The notes under the pieces were generated by a model. That model was not told where the DNA came from and did no database searches. It saw nothing but the letters and a program-made list of their open reading frames with translations. This document shows, one piece after another, positions 1 to 13,981 of a DNA stretch of 64,000 bases. Made by a program: the position numbers and the translations under genes. How positions within the stretch are numbered: position 1 is the first letter of the stretch; each line of letters opens with the position of its first letter. This stretch comes from the human T2T-CHM13v2.0 reference genome, Homo sapiens: NCBI RefSeq assembly GCF_009914755.1, contig NC_060945.1. One strand, 5' to 3'.

Positions 1-433
<433 letters not shown>

Positions 434-3131
434 CATAAAGCATGTTTCTTTAAATATTAGCATTTGAGGTATTCATTTCACCGGTGTTACCACCTCTCAC
501 ACACTAGGTATCAGGGCAATTTCCGTAACTGCAATGCACGGTCTCAGAGAAAGGACAATTAGAAGCCAAGAGTCGGCAAAGAAAGAAAAGGTGTGTTTTG
601 CCCATCTTCCCATGATGCCTCAGAGAGACATGGGGAGTGGAGGCTGGGTGAGCTCCTGATCACACACATGGCTTTCTAGTCGAGTGAAGGGACCTTCGAT
701 AAGGTAAGCATGAGAACAAACTGATTCAAAGAGGGATACACACGAGTTTCGGATTTGAGAGCCAGGCTGTCTGCACTGGTTGATAGCTTTTCTTTACAGT
801 TATCTGAAAACAGGGGTATCTGGGAAATTTAATCCCTCTCAGCATCACAGCAAAATCAATGTCAGTGTAGTTGCTTCCATGAGAAGAGGAGCGGTGGCTG
901 AGGTTCTGGGAAGCACACTTCAGACAAGGCCAAGGTCAAGGCCTGACTGATTCAGCCAGTAAAAACACAATGGCCTTTTTAGATTCAGACACTTTTATCA
1001 CTTACATAGACCATGCAAGTAAGTATAGCCAAAGATGCCCGCTCCCTAGCTCCTTATCCCACACACCAAACAGATGACACTGACATAAAAGTCACAGAAT
1101 CATCACAGTACCAGTTGTGGAAAACTCTGCTGAGATTCAGTTCTTGAATGCAAAATTCCTTTTATGATCTGCAACTATACCCCGAGATGGAGTGGGGACA
1201 TAAACCCTCAGAACCCCAGAAACAATGAGAAACTATTTCAAAATAGCCTCCCAGGGAAAAAGAGGATGATTTGGAAATGGCCCTGAGATAGAGCCTCACA
1301 AGCCTTCTATCTTTGCCTGTTGAGGGAAAATCACAAACTATTCCTCCAAGACTCGAGGAACAGTGTTTTAAGCCTTTGCCTGTATGGATATGTGGATAGG
1401 TGTAAGGTCTCCAGGCCACCATGCTGATGCTGTTCCCCTACAGATCTCCCTGGCTGACTGTCCATGAAGCACAGAGTGAAGATTCAGGGTCATTTTTAGA
1501 CAATCCTACCCTTTTATCCCTTTTATCACAGATATAGTAAATCAATAGTAAATAAGAAATCAACATCCACCCTGAATCATATGCAAAAGAAATGATTTCT
1601 GGGTATTGGTTTGAATTGCAAAATGCAATTTAAACATTCTGTAGTCATAATTTGATCCCCAGGTCACAACATAATTCATTTTAGGAAAAAAGAAATCAAG
1701 TGTAAGACTGAAAGCAAGGATGCATTAATCAGGGTTGCCTATTATTTCTTCCTTTGATCTCCCTGACCGTAATATTACTGACAGGAATTCAGTCATGCAG
1801 TGGGAGGTTACAGGGCCCTTTGTAAAAAAAACAAGTTTTGTAGATGTTTTAAATTTTAAAACACCACAGTCCTTTTAAAGTCATTTTGCACTTAAATTAT
1901 TCAATGTTGGCAGATAGTTTAAGTCATCTCATTAATGGCTGTATCTGTGGGTTGTTTTTTTCCTCTTTCATGTAAATCATAACACATTGTAATGATAGGG
2001 TAGGTCATGTAGGGTTTCTGGAGGCCAAAAACTTTGAAAGAAACACAAGGATTTTTAGAAATGGAAAGCTTCATTTTACATTTCACTCTGAAATATATAT
2101 TTAAAAAAACATGAGATTGGCATCCTCATACTCTGATTAAAATAGATTCTTTCAACAAAGTATCATTTTAGTTATGGCATGTATATTATCTGATTTTTTT
2201 TCAAAATATAAGAAACTTCAATTTATTTCCTGCAGTAACAGTATGTGATTTTTTAAAATACATATTCACACTGATAAATTAATATCATTAACCAAATGAT
2301 CATATAATTTTCATTCATCACCTTTGCATGTTAAAAAGAAAATATATTGCATCCTAATACCTTTCACTAAAATACTGCAGAAGTAGACAATGTTAATAAG
2401 TATAGTGCTCAGGAGGCATGAAAAGAGAGTACTGGGAGTCAGCTTGAGAATGCACAATAAGGATTAGTCACATTGCTTATTCTGCCTCATACTCCACAGC
2501 AGCTAACTAAATCTGTACTGTATTTGTCATTAACAACAAAACAAGCTCACAGTAGAAAAAGGAGAGAATCATTAAATGGTAGGAAAAGATATATATTGGT
2601 CATCTAATACAACAGTTTGTAATGAGAGGAGCAGAAATTCAAGGAATCTGCAGTATGATCCAGTGATTTGCTGAAAGAAAGTATTAGATATTTCAATCAC
2701 TTGTGATACATTGATTCCATTTTCATCTTATTTTTTATATTTTAAATGTGTAAATTTGTTTGTACAGGTAGTACATGAATATGATTATACATTATATAGT
2801 TGTACATGAATATAATTTATAAAGAATATTAATATGCTATATGTGTATGCTGAATTACTTTCGTTCTTGAAGATGAGAAAACAAGTAAGTTTAGGAACTG
2901 AAGGGATAATATATTTCTCTTCTTTTCGGCAAATCATTGAGTTATTCTTCATGTTGTGCCTGGAGAGGGAAAGGGCAAAAAAGGTCACGCTACTTATATT
3001 ACTTAGGACTGAGTATTCAAAGTGTATTAATGACAAAAATATTTTTAACCTCCAGTGAGCACAAAAGCCAATTGTTAACAAAATAAATACTTAACTGGCT
3101 TCTCACAAAAGTCAGATTTCAAAATAGCACA

Positions 3132-3588
3132 TGGTATTCATTTTTTACTGCTGCTATAACAAATGCCCACTAGTTTAGGGGCTTGAAAGGACACATATTT
3201 GTAGAATTTGATCCTTCTGGAGGGTAGAAGTCTGAAATGCATCACCAGGGCTCTGTCCTCTGCAGGATCCAGGGAGACTTTGCTTCCCTGCCCTTCCCGG
3301 TTTCCAGAGACTGCCTTTCTAGACGTCTTCAAAGCTAGAAGCGCAACATCTTCAAGTCTCATTCTCTACCCCTTTGCTTCTGTAATTACATTGTCTTCTG
3401 ACTTACCCCTTTGCTTCTGTAATTACATTGTCTTCTGACTTCAGAGGGGCCCACCTGGGTAATCTTGGTTAATCTCCTCGTTTAACTTTATCACAACTGC
3501 AAAGTTCCTCTTGCAATATCAACTAACAGTCACAGATTCTGGGGATTAAGACATGAACATCTCTGGAGACCATTATTCAGTCTTATAA
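3132..3588 (-). mobile_element. MaLR LTR (MLT1C/D-like)
   Basis: CTGCTGCTATAACAAAT...GGGCCCACCTGGGTAATC...CATTATTCAGTC matches reverse MLT1C/D. Confidence 0.8.
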
Positions 3589-3869
3589 GTCATTTTTAGC
3601 TTTCTGAAATCTTCCTGATCAAAAATATTTTCATTTTGTTCTAATATCCACTCAAAAACCTGTCTTTACTCTCTTCCTTCCATTAATCTCTTCAACAGTC
3701 ATTTAAAAATCAAGTTACTTTTCTACACTGAAAGTGTAATCAAAGTGTCAGTAATCAAAGTGTCAGCTTCAACATTTTCATTTCTTTGAAAATCCCAAGA
3801 AGACTTTGTTTGAACAAAGCATTCTTAAGTGATGGAAAATTTACTGAAGCTTTTGTAGAAAAGAAAGAA

Positions 3870-6177
3870 AAAGTTTACATTATACCTGCCCATTATGCAG
3901 CAAAAAACCTTAAATGTGTCTCCTAAAAGGGAAGCTCACCAGAAATCTGTGGCTTTCAACACCCCATGCTCTTCTTTCAACTCTTGCCTGGATGTAGGAG
4001 CACTTTAAGAAAGGAGCAAAATGCCCATTTAAATTACAGATGAGCTGGCTCAGTATGTGTTTACAAATCAAAAATAGATAGCAGCTTCTGTATGCTGCTT
4101 TCTGGGGTGATCATGAAAGACAGAGCTGGGGAAAATGCTCCCAGTGGGCAGAGTTTCAGGAGCAGCATCTTATCATGTACTTTATACACACAAAAAAGGA
4201 CCATGGTATTAGCAAGTCTATGGCCTTACGGCCAGAGGGTAAGGCCTGGCTAGTTGTTCAGAGGCTTAGAAAGAAAAGGATTGGAAAATATGAGGCAAAG
4301 AACTCAGGGTTAGAGGCATGAAGATAGACACATGGGAGTGGGCACAAACTATGATGATCTTTTTATAACATATTAACAGATACCAAAGAACATTTTGTCT
4401 CAGTTGTTGAATTAAATAACCAACTAGACAAAATGACTGGTAGGTTGACATCCATCAGCCTCTGCCGTTGACTGCTTCAGAATTAACACAATAGGCACGC
4501 AAAAGAAGTGGTCACTGTAGTAGACATGGAAAATATGAATGGGCCCAACAGAGAGGATTCTCACTTTTCATGGATAATCTAGCTATTTCCATTGCCAAAC
4601 AGCCAACCTGATAGCAATAAGCACTAAGGCTGACCCCTCACCACGGCACTATTCTTCTAGGCCACCATCCAGCCACTTGCTGGGAAAGTGACCACCTTAG
4701 GCTCTTTCATATACGGATAGCCACCAGTCTATTCTCACAGAAATATAAAAAGACATTCTGGAGATCGATTTCTCTTGCCCTAAGAGCCTCAACAAGCACC
4801 ACTATTTTACCATTTACGGTGTTTAATTTACTAGCCAGGATCCTGTCTAATATCACCTGAGATCAATGGACCCACTTTTCAGGATATAAGTAGGCCCTGA
4901 CCTTGAGATCCACTGCTCAGATCACATAAGATCACCACCCAGGACCTGCTGGCCTGATACAGAACTGAAGCAATGGCGGATACATTTCTGAATCCCCAGT
5001 CTAGAGGCCATATTCTGTGGAGATGAGATGCTGATATGGTTTGGGTCTGTGTCCCCACCCAAATCTCACCTTGAATTGTGATAGTCCCCATATATCATGG
5101 GAGGCACCTGGTGGGAGGCACCTGGTGGGAGGTAATTGAATTATGGGGGCGGGTTTTTCCCATACTGTTTTCGTGATAGTGAATAAGTCTCATGAGATCT
5201 GATGATTTTATAAACAGGAGTTCCCCTCCACATGTTCTCTCTTGCCTGCTGCCATGTAAGATGTGCCTTTTGCCTTCTGCCCTGATGGTGATGCCTCCCC
5301 AGCCATATGGAACGGTGAGTCCATTAAACCTCTTTTTCTTTATAAATTACCCAGTCTCTGGTATGTCTTTATTAGCAGCGTGAGAACAGACTACTATAGA
5401 TGCCATCCTCTAGGAGGTAGGATATACATTGCATCAAACACCATTATGTGATTCTGTGGCCTAAAGAAAGAGTACATGGTTTTGTGATATAAGGAAGGGA
5501 AGCAGAGGTCATTATTCTCATGACCCACCATGGGACTTTGTACTTCCCATGCCTGCGACTCTGGACGCTTTAGAGTAGACATCCAGGTTCCCCAAGGGGT
5601 TAGAAAAAGCAAGTTTCCAACTGAGCTAGAAACCGGGCACAGCTGTCCCCTGGGCACTCTGAGGTTTTTGTTTCAAGGACAAGCAGACAAGAAGTGGAGT
5701 CACAGTCTTGGCAATGGTAATTGACCTTCATGTTGATGAAAAGGCAAAAGTGGTGTTATGCAATGGAGCAGTGAATATTCGTGGCACCCAGATAATCTAG
5801 TTAAGTAGGTCTTGGTAATTCTTCACCCAATTGTGACAATTGCAAAAAGACAGATACGGCAATCTGGCCAGAGAAGCTGTGATGAACAGGAAGTCACACC
5901 CTCAGGGATGATGGTCTCGGTCTCATCATGAGGTAAGTCATCGGTGAGGCCAGCAGAGGGAGTAGCTGAGGATAAAGGGGAAAGAAAATGAAAAGTGGAA
6001 GAAGGAGTCTATAAGTATCACTTGGTCCCTGAAAATTAAGTACAGCACCAGGGCTATAGTTCACTTAACTAATCTGTTATACTTTTACTCTCCAAAAAAA
6101 AGAGTGTCGTGAATTCATGGAGAGCTAATTGCTGAAAGTATATGAAAAAGTGAATCCGAGAGGCAAAGGGAGTGCAT
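3870..6177 (+). mobile_element. ERVL internal remnant (HERV16/ERV3-16A3-like): decayed RNaseH-integrase-dUTPase
   Basis: Degenerate ERVL pol motifs: integrase Zn-finger region ~4490-4620, PAT-WW-VD-like region ~4670-4700, dUTPase GVTVLA-VID-like region ~5695-5730; purine tract before the LTR; no open frame; left boundary approximate. Confidence 0.75.
5032..5398 (+). mobile_element. THE1 (THE1B/C-like) solo LTR
   Basis: TGATATGGTTTGG...CCCACCCAAATCTCA...GAGAACAGACTACTATA; 5-bp TSD GATGC at 5027-5031 and 5399-5403. Confidence 0.92.
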
Positions 6178-6480
6178 TGTGGTAGTCAGGGGGATGTTCC
6201 TTCTAGATGCCCCTTCGAGAAAGTGCTCGCTGCCAGGCTTCAGGGAACGCAGTCTGTAGACATCTCCAACTGTCACCTTTCTGTGGTTTGTCTCAGCGGC
6301 AGACAGCTGCCTCCCTGAAGGTCACATGTCACCCAGGACAGTCCATATCCAGTTACAAGCGGAGGTGAGGATGTAAAGGCCTGGACATTTCATCTCGATA
6401 GGGAACAACACTGGCAAGCGATGTTTGCTCTGGAGTTCCAGACAACATTGCCCAGAACATTGTCAGGCTTGCATTGCTTG
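6178..6480 (+). mobile_element. LTR16A-like 3' LTR of the ERVL remnant (3'-truncated)
   Basis: Starts TGTGGTAG directly after purine tract AGAGGCAAAGGGAG; similar to LTR16A (AGATGCCCCTTC, AGGCCTGGACATTTC, TTTGCTCTGGAG). Confidence 0.7.
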
Positions 6481-7914
6481 TGCAGCTGCCCAGTGGACAG
6501 AAAACTGAGGCAAATGCAAAGACATATACCTAAAGGAGCAGTGCTGTGACTTCACGCTAGATTCCCGGAGACTTTCCATTTTCTGCAGAGTCCCTTCAGC
6601 AGATTGGTTACCCTTGAATTCTGTGGCACAGCCCTGGGTACTTTCATAAAAGCTCCCTGTTCACCTACTCCCTCCTTTCCATCTTGGTAGAAATGGATTT
6701 CTATTAATTTCAACCAAAAATTCTTAAATTTAGGCAAACAGCCTATTTTTCGCTTACTCATTTATGTTTTTCTTTCATAAAGTCCACTTTTTATATGAAA
6801 AAATATACCAATTTATTTGGGTTTCTGCAGTAGATAACTTTCAGGTATTTGCTTTTCTCATGCATTTTTATGGTATCACTTTCTTCACTTTATAGAAAAT
6901 TGTATAGAAACTGTACTACCTTTGTTTTATTATATTAAATTATTTATTACAGATATAGCAAGAAAAATATTTTATTCATATCCATTATTTTCACCAACCA
7001 AGAATATATAAGAATATCCCCACCTGGGCATACTTTTTACATAAGCACTGGTTAAATCTAGGCTTGCCCATATCTACACTTGACAAGTTTATCTTTAGAG
7101 TACGGTATTCTGTTCTATTCTCATAAGACAATTGCATTCATAGAACACAGGTTTCTTGTATGCAGCCTCAAATAAGATTATTGCTTAGTTTTCTGATAAT
7201 TTAAAATAAAGAACAACATGATGTTGAGAATTCACTATTTCCAAGAATATTCTCATATCCACCCTGCTGAAAGTGATTTTTTTTTTTATAAAATTGCTTA
7301 CAGGTTGCAATACTGTATACTTCTACACAATTTTCAGTCTTTCTGACTCTCTGCAGCACTGATTTCTTAGAACTGAAATCCCCAAATGGCTGTAAAACTA
7401 TGGGCAAGGGTACAAAAACCTCCTCAGAATGTATCAACTGTCCAGCATAATGGTAACTATCTGGTTTTCCAGTTAGTAGAAACCTGGGTTCTCTGGGTCA
7501 GACTTTAAATGAAATTTATTTCTGTCTTTTGTTGTGGACTCTGCTCCACTACATAAGTAAACTATTTCCAAGTGCATAATTACTTTTCCCAACCTAGTTC
7601 CATTAACCTTATAGTTAGTGGAAATATCTTCCAACTTCCAAATTCTGATGTCAGTTATCTCAGTGTTTCTATGCTGGTGTTTGGTTTGTTTGTTTGTTTG
7701 TTTGTTTGAGCTAGCTTCTGGTCTGAGGCTACCACAGCTATTTTGAAGTCACCAATTATTATAATAACCTTTATATTTACCTCTTGGCTTGTGCCAGTTC
7801 TTAAGCTATTGTGTCTCTGCTTCAAACTCAGCTTTCTGTATTCAGCTTTGTTATTCTAGGAACTCTACAAACCATCGTTCCCAATTAGCTAGCTGGTGCC
7901 TCCGAGTTATGAGG

Positions 7915-8225
7915 AAACATGGATGAAATTTTGAAATGACATCTTGATTGCGAAAGAAGTCAGACTCCCCCAGAATACGCATGCTACATGATTTCATTTA
8001 TGTGACAGGCTAAAATTGGGCAAAATAAATTTAAGGTAATGGAAATCAGGAAACGTTTTTGTCTGTGGTGTGTATGGACTGACTATAATAAGAAAGCACA
8101 AGGAAATTTTCTTGGATGACTCTATCGCTATTGAGATATGTATGGAGGTATGTACATTTGTAAAGCTCATCAAATTGTATACTTAATATTTGTACATTTC
8201 ACTGTGTTCAGATTTTAATTCAATT
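7915..8225 (+). mobile_element. Old L1 (L1MC/MD/ME) 3' UTR fragment
   Basis: AACATGGATGAA...GAAAGAAGTCAGAC...CTCATCAAATTGTATACTTAA...CATTTCACTGTG. Confidence 0.75.
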
Positions 8226-8284
8226 TTAACAATGCCTGATATAATTGAATCAGGGCTAAGAAAAAAATAAACTACAGTAGGTAA

Positions 8285-8630
<346 letters not shown>

Positions 8631-8758
8631 TAATGGTTATCTTTTGAGCAGGCAGGTAGTGATCTGAATGAAGTATAGAAACTTCTGGAATGTTGGCAGT
8701 ATTTGCATTCTTTATTTGGATGCTAGTTTTGTGGGTATGTTCAATTTGTGAAAATTAA

Positions 8759-8907
8759 ATATATATATTATATATATATATATTATATATATATTATATA
8801 TATATAATATATATATAATATATATATATAATATATATATATATAATATATATATATTATATATATAATATATATATATTATATATATATATAATATATA
8901 TATATAT
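8759..8907. repeat. Interrupted (TA)n microsatellite, ~150 bp
   Basis: Pure A/T alternating tract with TT and AA interruptions. Confidence 0.95.
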
Positions 8908-10660
8908 GAAGTTGAAATGGCCTATAAATACTTGTTTTCTAAAGCCAATGATGCAATATTCAAATACTTCTTGAATTATTGTACTAAGGTAATCATTCAA
9001 TAATACAGTCATCCACAGATTTTATTATTAATAGTAAAAGAAATAAAAAGAGCACACTAGGGAGATGAGTGACAAACAAGAGGAAAATAAAAGGTAACTT
9101 TGTGAGAGGCAAAGTTTTGAATCTCAAGGAGTAGTGGAGTCTGTTCTATGCTTCATGTGATGTGGCAATAAATTTCAGCTCTGCCCTCCTGGCTGACAGC
9201 TGTTTTCAAGATGAGAGAGAGAAATAAGAATGATTTTTTCTTGAAGAAAACAGATGGTTACTTAGGTGTGTAAATTTTTTCCAACGGAAGATTACAAAAG
9301 CGGAAAGACAGGTGCTTTGTACACAGTCTTTTGTTTTATACTTTTATTGAAACTGTTAGCTGCATTGCCAACTGTCATTTTCAGTTGTCACTAAAGTAAG
9401 CAATGTAAAAATGAGAAATAAATATTATGGTCACTAAAACTGCTGTTGTGTTTGATGTGTATGTATATTGTCTGTTCGATAGATGTTTCTCTCTTGTTAT
9501 ATGTTTATTTTTCAATTTTACACATCTGTCTATACACATTGTCTTTCCATATATATTAACATATGCACTGTTAAACGATTATTGGCATAACTATTAATAA
9601 TTGCAGATCTGCTATAAAACCACAGCCAACCAATTTTTCTACACAAGAGAAATTAGTTTACTCCAGTTTAGTAACTGAGCTACATTGGTATATAGTTGTA
9701 AGCCCTTACGTTATTGCAAAGGTGTTTTAGCGATTTAGCAATATTCTTTGTGATCTTTACTGGAGAGGAACCAAAAATACTGAGGCTGTTATTCTATGTA
9801 AATCTGTTACCCTTACTCTCTAGATTTCTAGCTAATTCCTTCCTCAGGAGCAGTCCTAAATTGTACTCTGGTACAACAAGAGACTTAGGTGTAGGCCCTT
9901 GTTGAACCAGGTTCCTTTAATTCCCAAAAGACAAAAAATAAAGAAGCCATCTCAATCCCTCTCTTCAGCTCTTTCTAATAACATGGAAAATATTTCAGCA
10001 ACGGGCTTACTTAAATGACATACCAGACAGTTCACAGTATCATAAAATTCTCAATATCTGAGTCCCCTCCCTTTATGACAGGAGTAGTGATGGGAACATC
10101 AAGTCATTGAGAGTAGTGTTTAAAGTTCATCTTCTGGTTGAGCCAGGGAGATGACCAGTTTCTCAGTGTTTAAAGTTCATCTTCTTGCTGAGCCAGGGAG
10201 AAGACCATTTTCTCTGGAAAGTTTAGGAAATCTGGGAACGACTGAAAAAACAAGGTTAATATCAGAGTAATGCCCTTTAATCTAACCCATAGGCATATAG
10301 GATACCTTAATTTGAACAGAATGATCGCATCCATTCTGTCTTTATTAAGCATGACCTATTGAAAGTTCTGTTTACGTTGGCTTATATACCAGGAGACACA
10401 TCCAGTCACTCTCCAAAAAAACCAAGCACACAAACCAAAACAGAGAAGAAAGAATCCAGTAAACTACAATGGTGTCATCCTACCCAAGGAATTTGAAATG
10501 TAGCAAGAGTAACACAGCTGCCATAGGTACCTCAGTGTTGAAACAAACAAATGCTCTCCTCTTAATTTGGGAAACATTATATTCTCCTATTCTTAAAAAT
10601 AAAGGTTGTTTTCAGTAATTTTCTGTTGCATTATCTCTAAATACTGAAGCATAGTTGGGG

Positions 10661-10802
10661 TATATATCTACTATATATATAATAAATATACATATATACT
10701 TAGCTTTATGTATATACATACATTCACCTGTAAAAAAATACATACATAGATATATTTTATATATATATATTTTATATATATATATAAAGTATGTATATAT
10801 AC
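10661..10802. repeat. AT-rich (TA)n-like low-complexity tract
   Basis: Degenerate TATA/TACA repeats. Confidence 0.7.
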
Positions 10803-11294
10803 TAAACTTGAATTGGGAACACGATCTTCTAAGCATGTACATAACTAAAGATATCTATATGCCTAAATACTTCTCTAGATACTTAAATATGTATTTCCTT
10901 TTTTTTGCATTGTGATTACTATAACTCTAGACAACTTCCAGCCAGAACAAATGTTACATGCAGTATAACGATTTCACTTTCAGTATAAAGATTTGAGACT
11001 ATATTAGCTGAGGAATTATGTCAACTCTTCATTTTATTTTGAATAGAAGTATCAATCACTACATGAACATTTACATGAAAACAGTGTAACTTAATTTCTT
11101 TCTGAAACAGAATGTTTTTTATATTAGAGCATTTCATTTGAAATTTAATATCTGTGTATAACTGAGTCACTTTTATAAGCTATATTAAACTTGTATGTCA
11201 TGGAAATAGACATGAAAAACCATGAATAAAATACAGAAAATAAATTATTATCAAATTTCTTTTTACAAGAATGGAATATTAATAACTAATAATT

Positions 11295-11520
11295 GAAAAC
11301 AGATAACCTTTAATCATTATTTAATATGTGCTATGTGTTTTTCTAAGTAATTTATATCTCATAATTAATTTAATCTTTACTACATTCCTGGCAGATAGAT
11401 GATTTTACAAATGAATGACATAGGGCAGAGAAAGAAAAAATATTTTTCTCAAGTTTACAGCTGATTTGTTGCATAACAGGAATTTGGATCCTGACTTTGC
11501 AGCTAGTTTAAATCACAGGC
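11295..11520 (-). mobile_element. MIR fragment
   Basis: ATTTAATCTTTAC...ATTTTACAAATGA...CTCAAGTTTACAGCT...GGAATTTGGATCC resembles reverse MIR core. Confidence 0.6.
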
Positions 11521-13244
11521 TTAATTCTGTGCCGTGTACTTTCTTTACTTCTCTTGTAACTGATTATGTTTCTCCAGATTTGTGTTTTTTAATCTATATT
11601 AGATTTACTTTCTACATCTTTCAGTTAACATGTTATTAAATTTTTCAAAAGTTTTAAAATTATGTGTAATTATATGTCACTTTCAAATTTGGGGAAATAA
11701 ACTTGGAATGTAAATAAGTATATAATACAATTAGAAACAACCTTGTTATTTAAATGACTTCACTACTATGGATCAGAATTGTTTTTTCATCTTTGAGACA
11801 AATATATTAGAGGAAGTGGCAAATGCCCTACTATTTAGATTCTGAAAAATTCAAAAGCAATGATTCAAAAGCAAAAATTCAAAACCAATAATTTCCTTAA
11901 CATGACATGAGGAAATTTTCCGACTTTGCTTTCTGCTTTCGATGATTGGTGATATGTTGGGGAAGATGAAGTTTATGCAAACTGATTCCTGACACTGTCC
12001 TATGACTTTAAAACTATTCCTCATCTAGATCTTGCTTTCAAAACACTTTGTAAATTATAAATAGCGACACAATGCCCCAAATAGTAAGTACAATGTAGAG
12101 ACCTACATGATATGTATTCCCTCAAAATAACAACTACAAATAAAATACCAAGATGAATCATAAGTTTAGCTATTCTTTCTGGAAACTCATTCCAGAAAGG
12201 AAATGTAAAGTTTTCGACCTTTAATCTCACCCTATTGCACTCTGTGCTTGAAGTTTCAATAAGTTTCAAGTGACACATGAGACTAGCTAGGAGACACCGT
12301 TAAGTGATGTTCACATCTCAGTTCTTAATGGGGACTTTGTTCTTCTTTGGATCTTATAAATGGCATTTCTTTCTTATTCTTCCCTCAGTGATGGCTCTAA
12401 ATACTTTGGAAGACCCTCTACCAATCACTCTTGTCATACTTCATGATGAATAGCACTGTGCTGCCCAGAAAGGAAGAAACCAAATGTGTTTGCGGCACCG
12501 ACCTAGAGGCATATGTCAAAATATATATGTACAAAGCCACAAGACTTATTAAAGTCATTGTCAATTTTTTGCCCTTGAAAATTTACAATTAGCTACATGG
12601 GAGTATAAAGTCATTCATCCAACTCTTTTGACTCATTCTTCTATATTGCTTTCTCTTTCTCTCTTTTTCCCTTAATGAGAAGGATAAAAATATCGTAATT
12701 TAGATGTGATGTAACATTTATCTTTGCAAGGAAAGAGACTGATAACACTGACATTTCAAGTAAAGTGTAATTTCTTCAGAAAAAAAAGACAAATGCCATA
12801 TAAACACAGCCTGTCACCAATCTTAATCTTTAGAAAACAAGGCATTAAATTCCACCAGAAAATGATCAATTACGCTTTTCCTATTGAGAGACATTAATTT
12901 TATTATCATTCATCTGTGTTCTATTTATCTAATTAATATTTAAAATATTGATATTTTTAACAATTAATTAAGTTTCCTGTACACACATATACCCAATTTT
13001 CTCTATTTTTGATATTTTTTACCTCTCGAATATCCAAAAATGAGCTTAAGTTAGCATACTAAGATTATGCAACCTTGTTTCAATTTCTCTTGATAATTAT
13101 CCATGACCAATTCAACAAAATTTATCTCTAAAATATTTGCCTGCCTTCATGATCGTCATCAATGCTGTCCTATAACAATCTCTCATCAGCTTTCACTTGG
13201 ACAACCTCATAATTGTTCTTTCTCCATTTGGCCCCCTTAAATAA

Positions 13245-13589
13245 ATTTCCATCAAGCCTCAAGGATGATATACCTAAAAGGATATATACACCTAAAAGGA
13301 TATAGGTGATACACCTAAAAGGATGATACACCAAAAAGGATATATTTCCATCAAGCCTCAAGGATGATACACCTAAAAGGATATATACACCTAAAAGGAT
13401 ATAGGTGATGCACCTAAAAGGATGCTACGCCAAAAAGGATATATTTCCATCAAGCCTCAAGAATGATACACCTAAAAGGATATATGATACACCTAAAAGA
13501 TGATACACCTAAAAGGATGATACACCTAAAAGGATATATATACACCTAAAAGGATATACACCTAAAAGGATACACCTAAAAGGATATAT
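13245..13589. repeat. Minisatellite of ACACCTAAAAGGAT monomers with a 99-bp higher-order unit, within an L2 fragment
   Basis: ATTTCCATCAAGCCTCAAG recurs at 13245, 13344 and 13443; 15 monomers counted (4+4+7). Confidence 0.92.
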
Positions 13590-13673
13590 GCCATAACCCT
13601 GATTTAAATGCCTAATTGTCACCCTGGCACATATTATGATAGTTCATCAGTGGAAAGGCTTAGTCGGAGAAAC

Positions 13674-13981
13674 TTTTCTTTTTTTTTTCTTTGAGATGGA
13701 ATCTCACACTGTCGCCCAGGCTGGGTTGCAGTGGTGCGATCTCCGATCACTGCAACCTCCGCCTCCTGGGTTCAAGCGATTCTCCTGCCTCAGCCTCCTG
13801 AGTAACTGGGATTATAGGCACCCGCCGTCACGCGTGGCTAATTTTTTTTTTTTTTTGTATTTTTAGTAGACACAGGGTTTCACTATGTTGGCCAGGCTGG
13901 TCTTGAACTCCTGACCTTGTGATCTGCCCACCTCAGGCTTCCAAAGTGCTGCAATTACAGACGTGAGCCACTGCATCTGGC
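13674..13981 (-). mobile_element. AluS (Sg/Sc-like)
   Basis: Full Alu with poly-T; CTGACCTTGTGATC variant. Confidence 0.92.

Noticed and set aside
3736-3765. 15-bp tandem duplication (similar short ones near 5100, 11850 and 62560)
   Set aside because: Ordinary slippage-scale duplications with no further structure
13245-13589. CRISPR-like repeat/spacer appearance
   Set aside because: Spacers are not unique, monomers are only ~14 bp, there are no cas genes, and the context is primate DNA; it is a minisatellite
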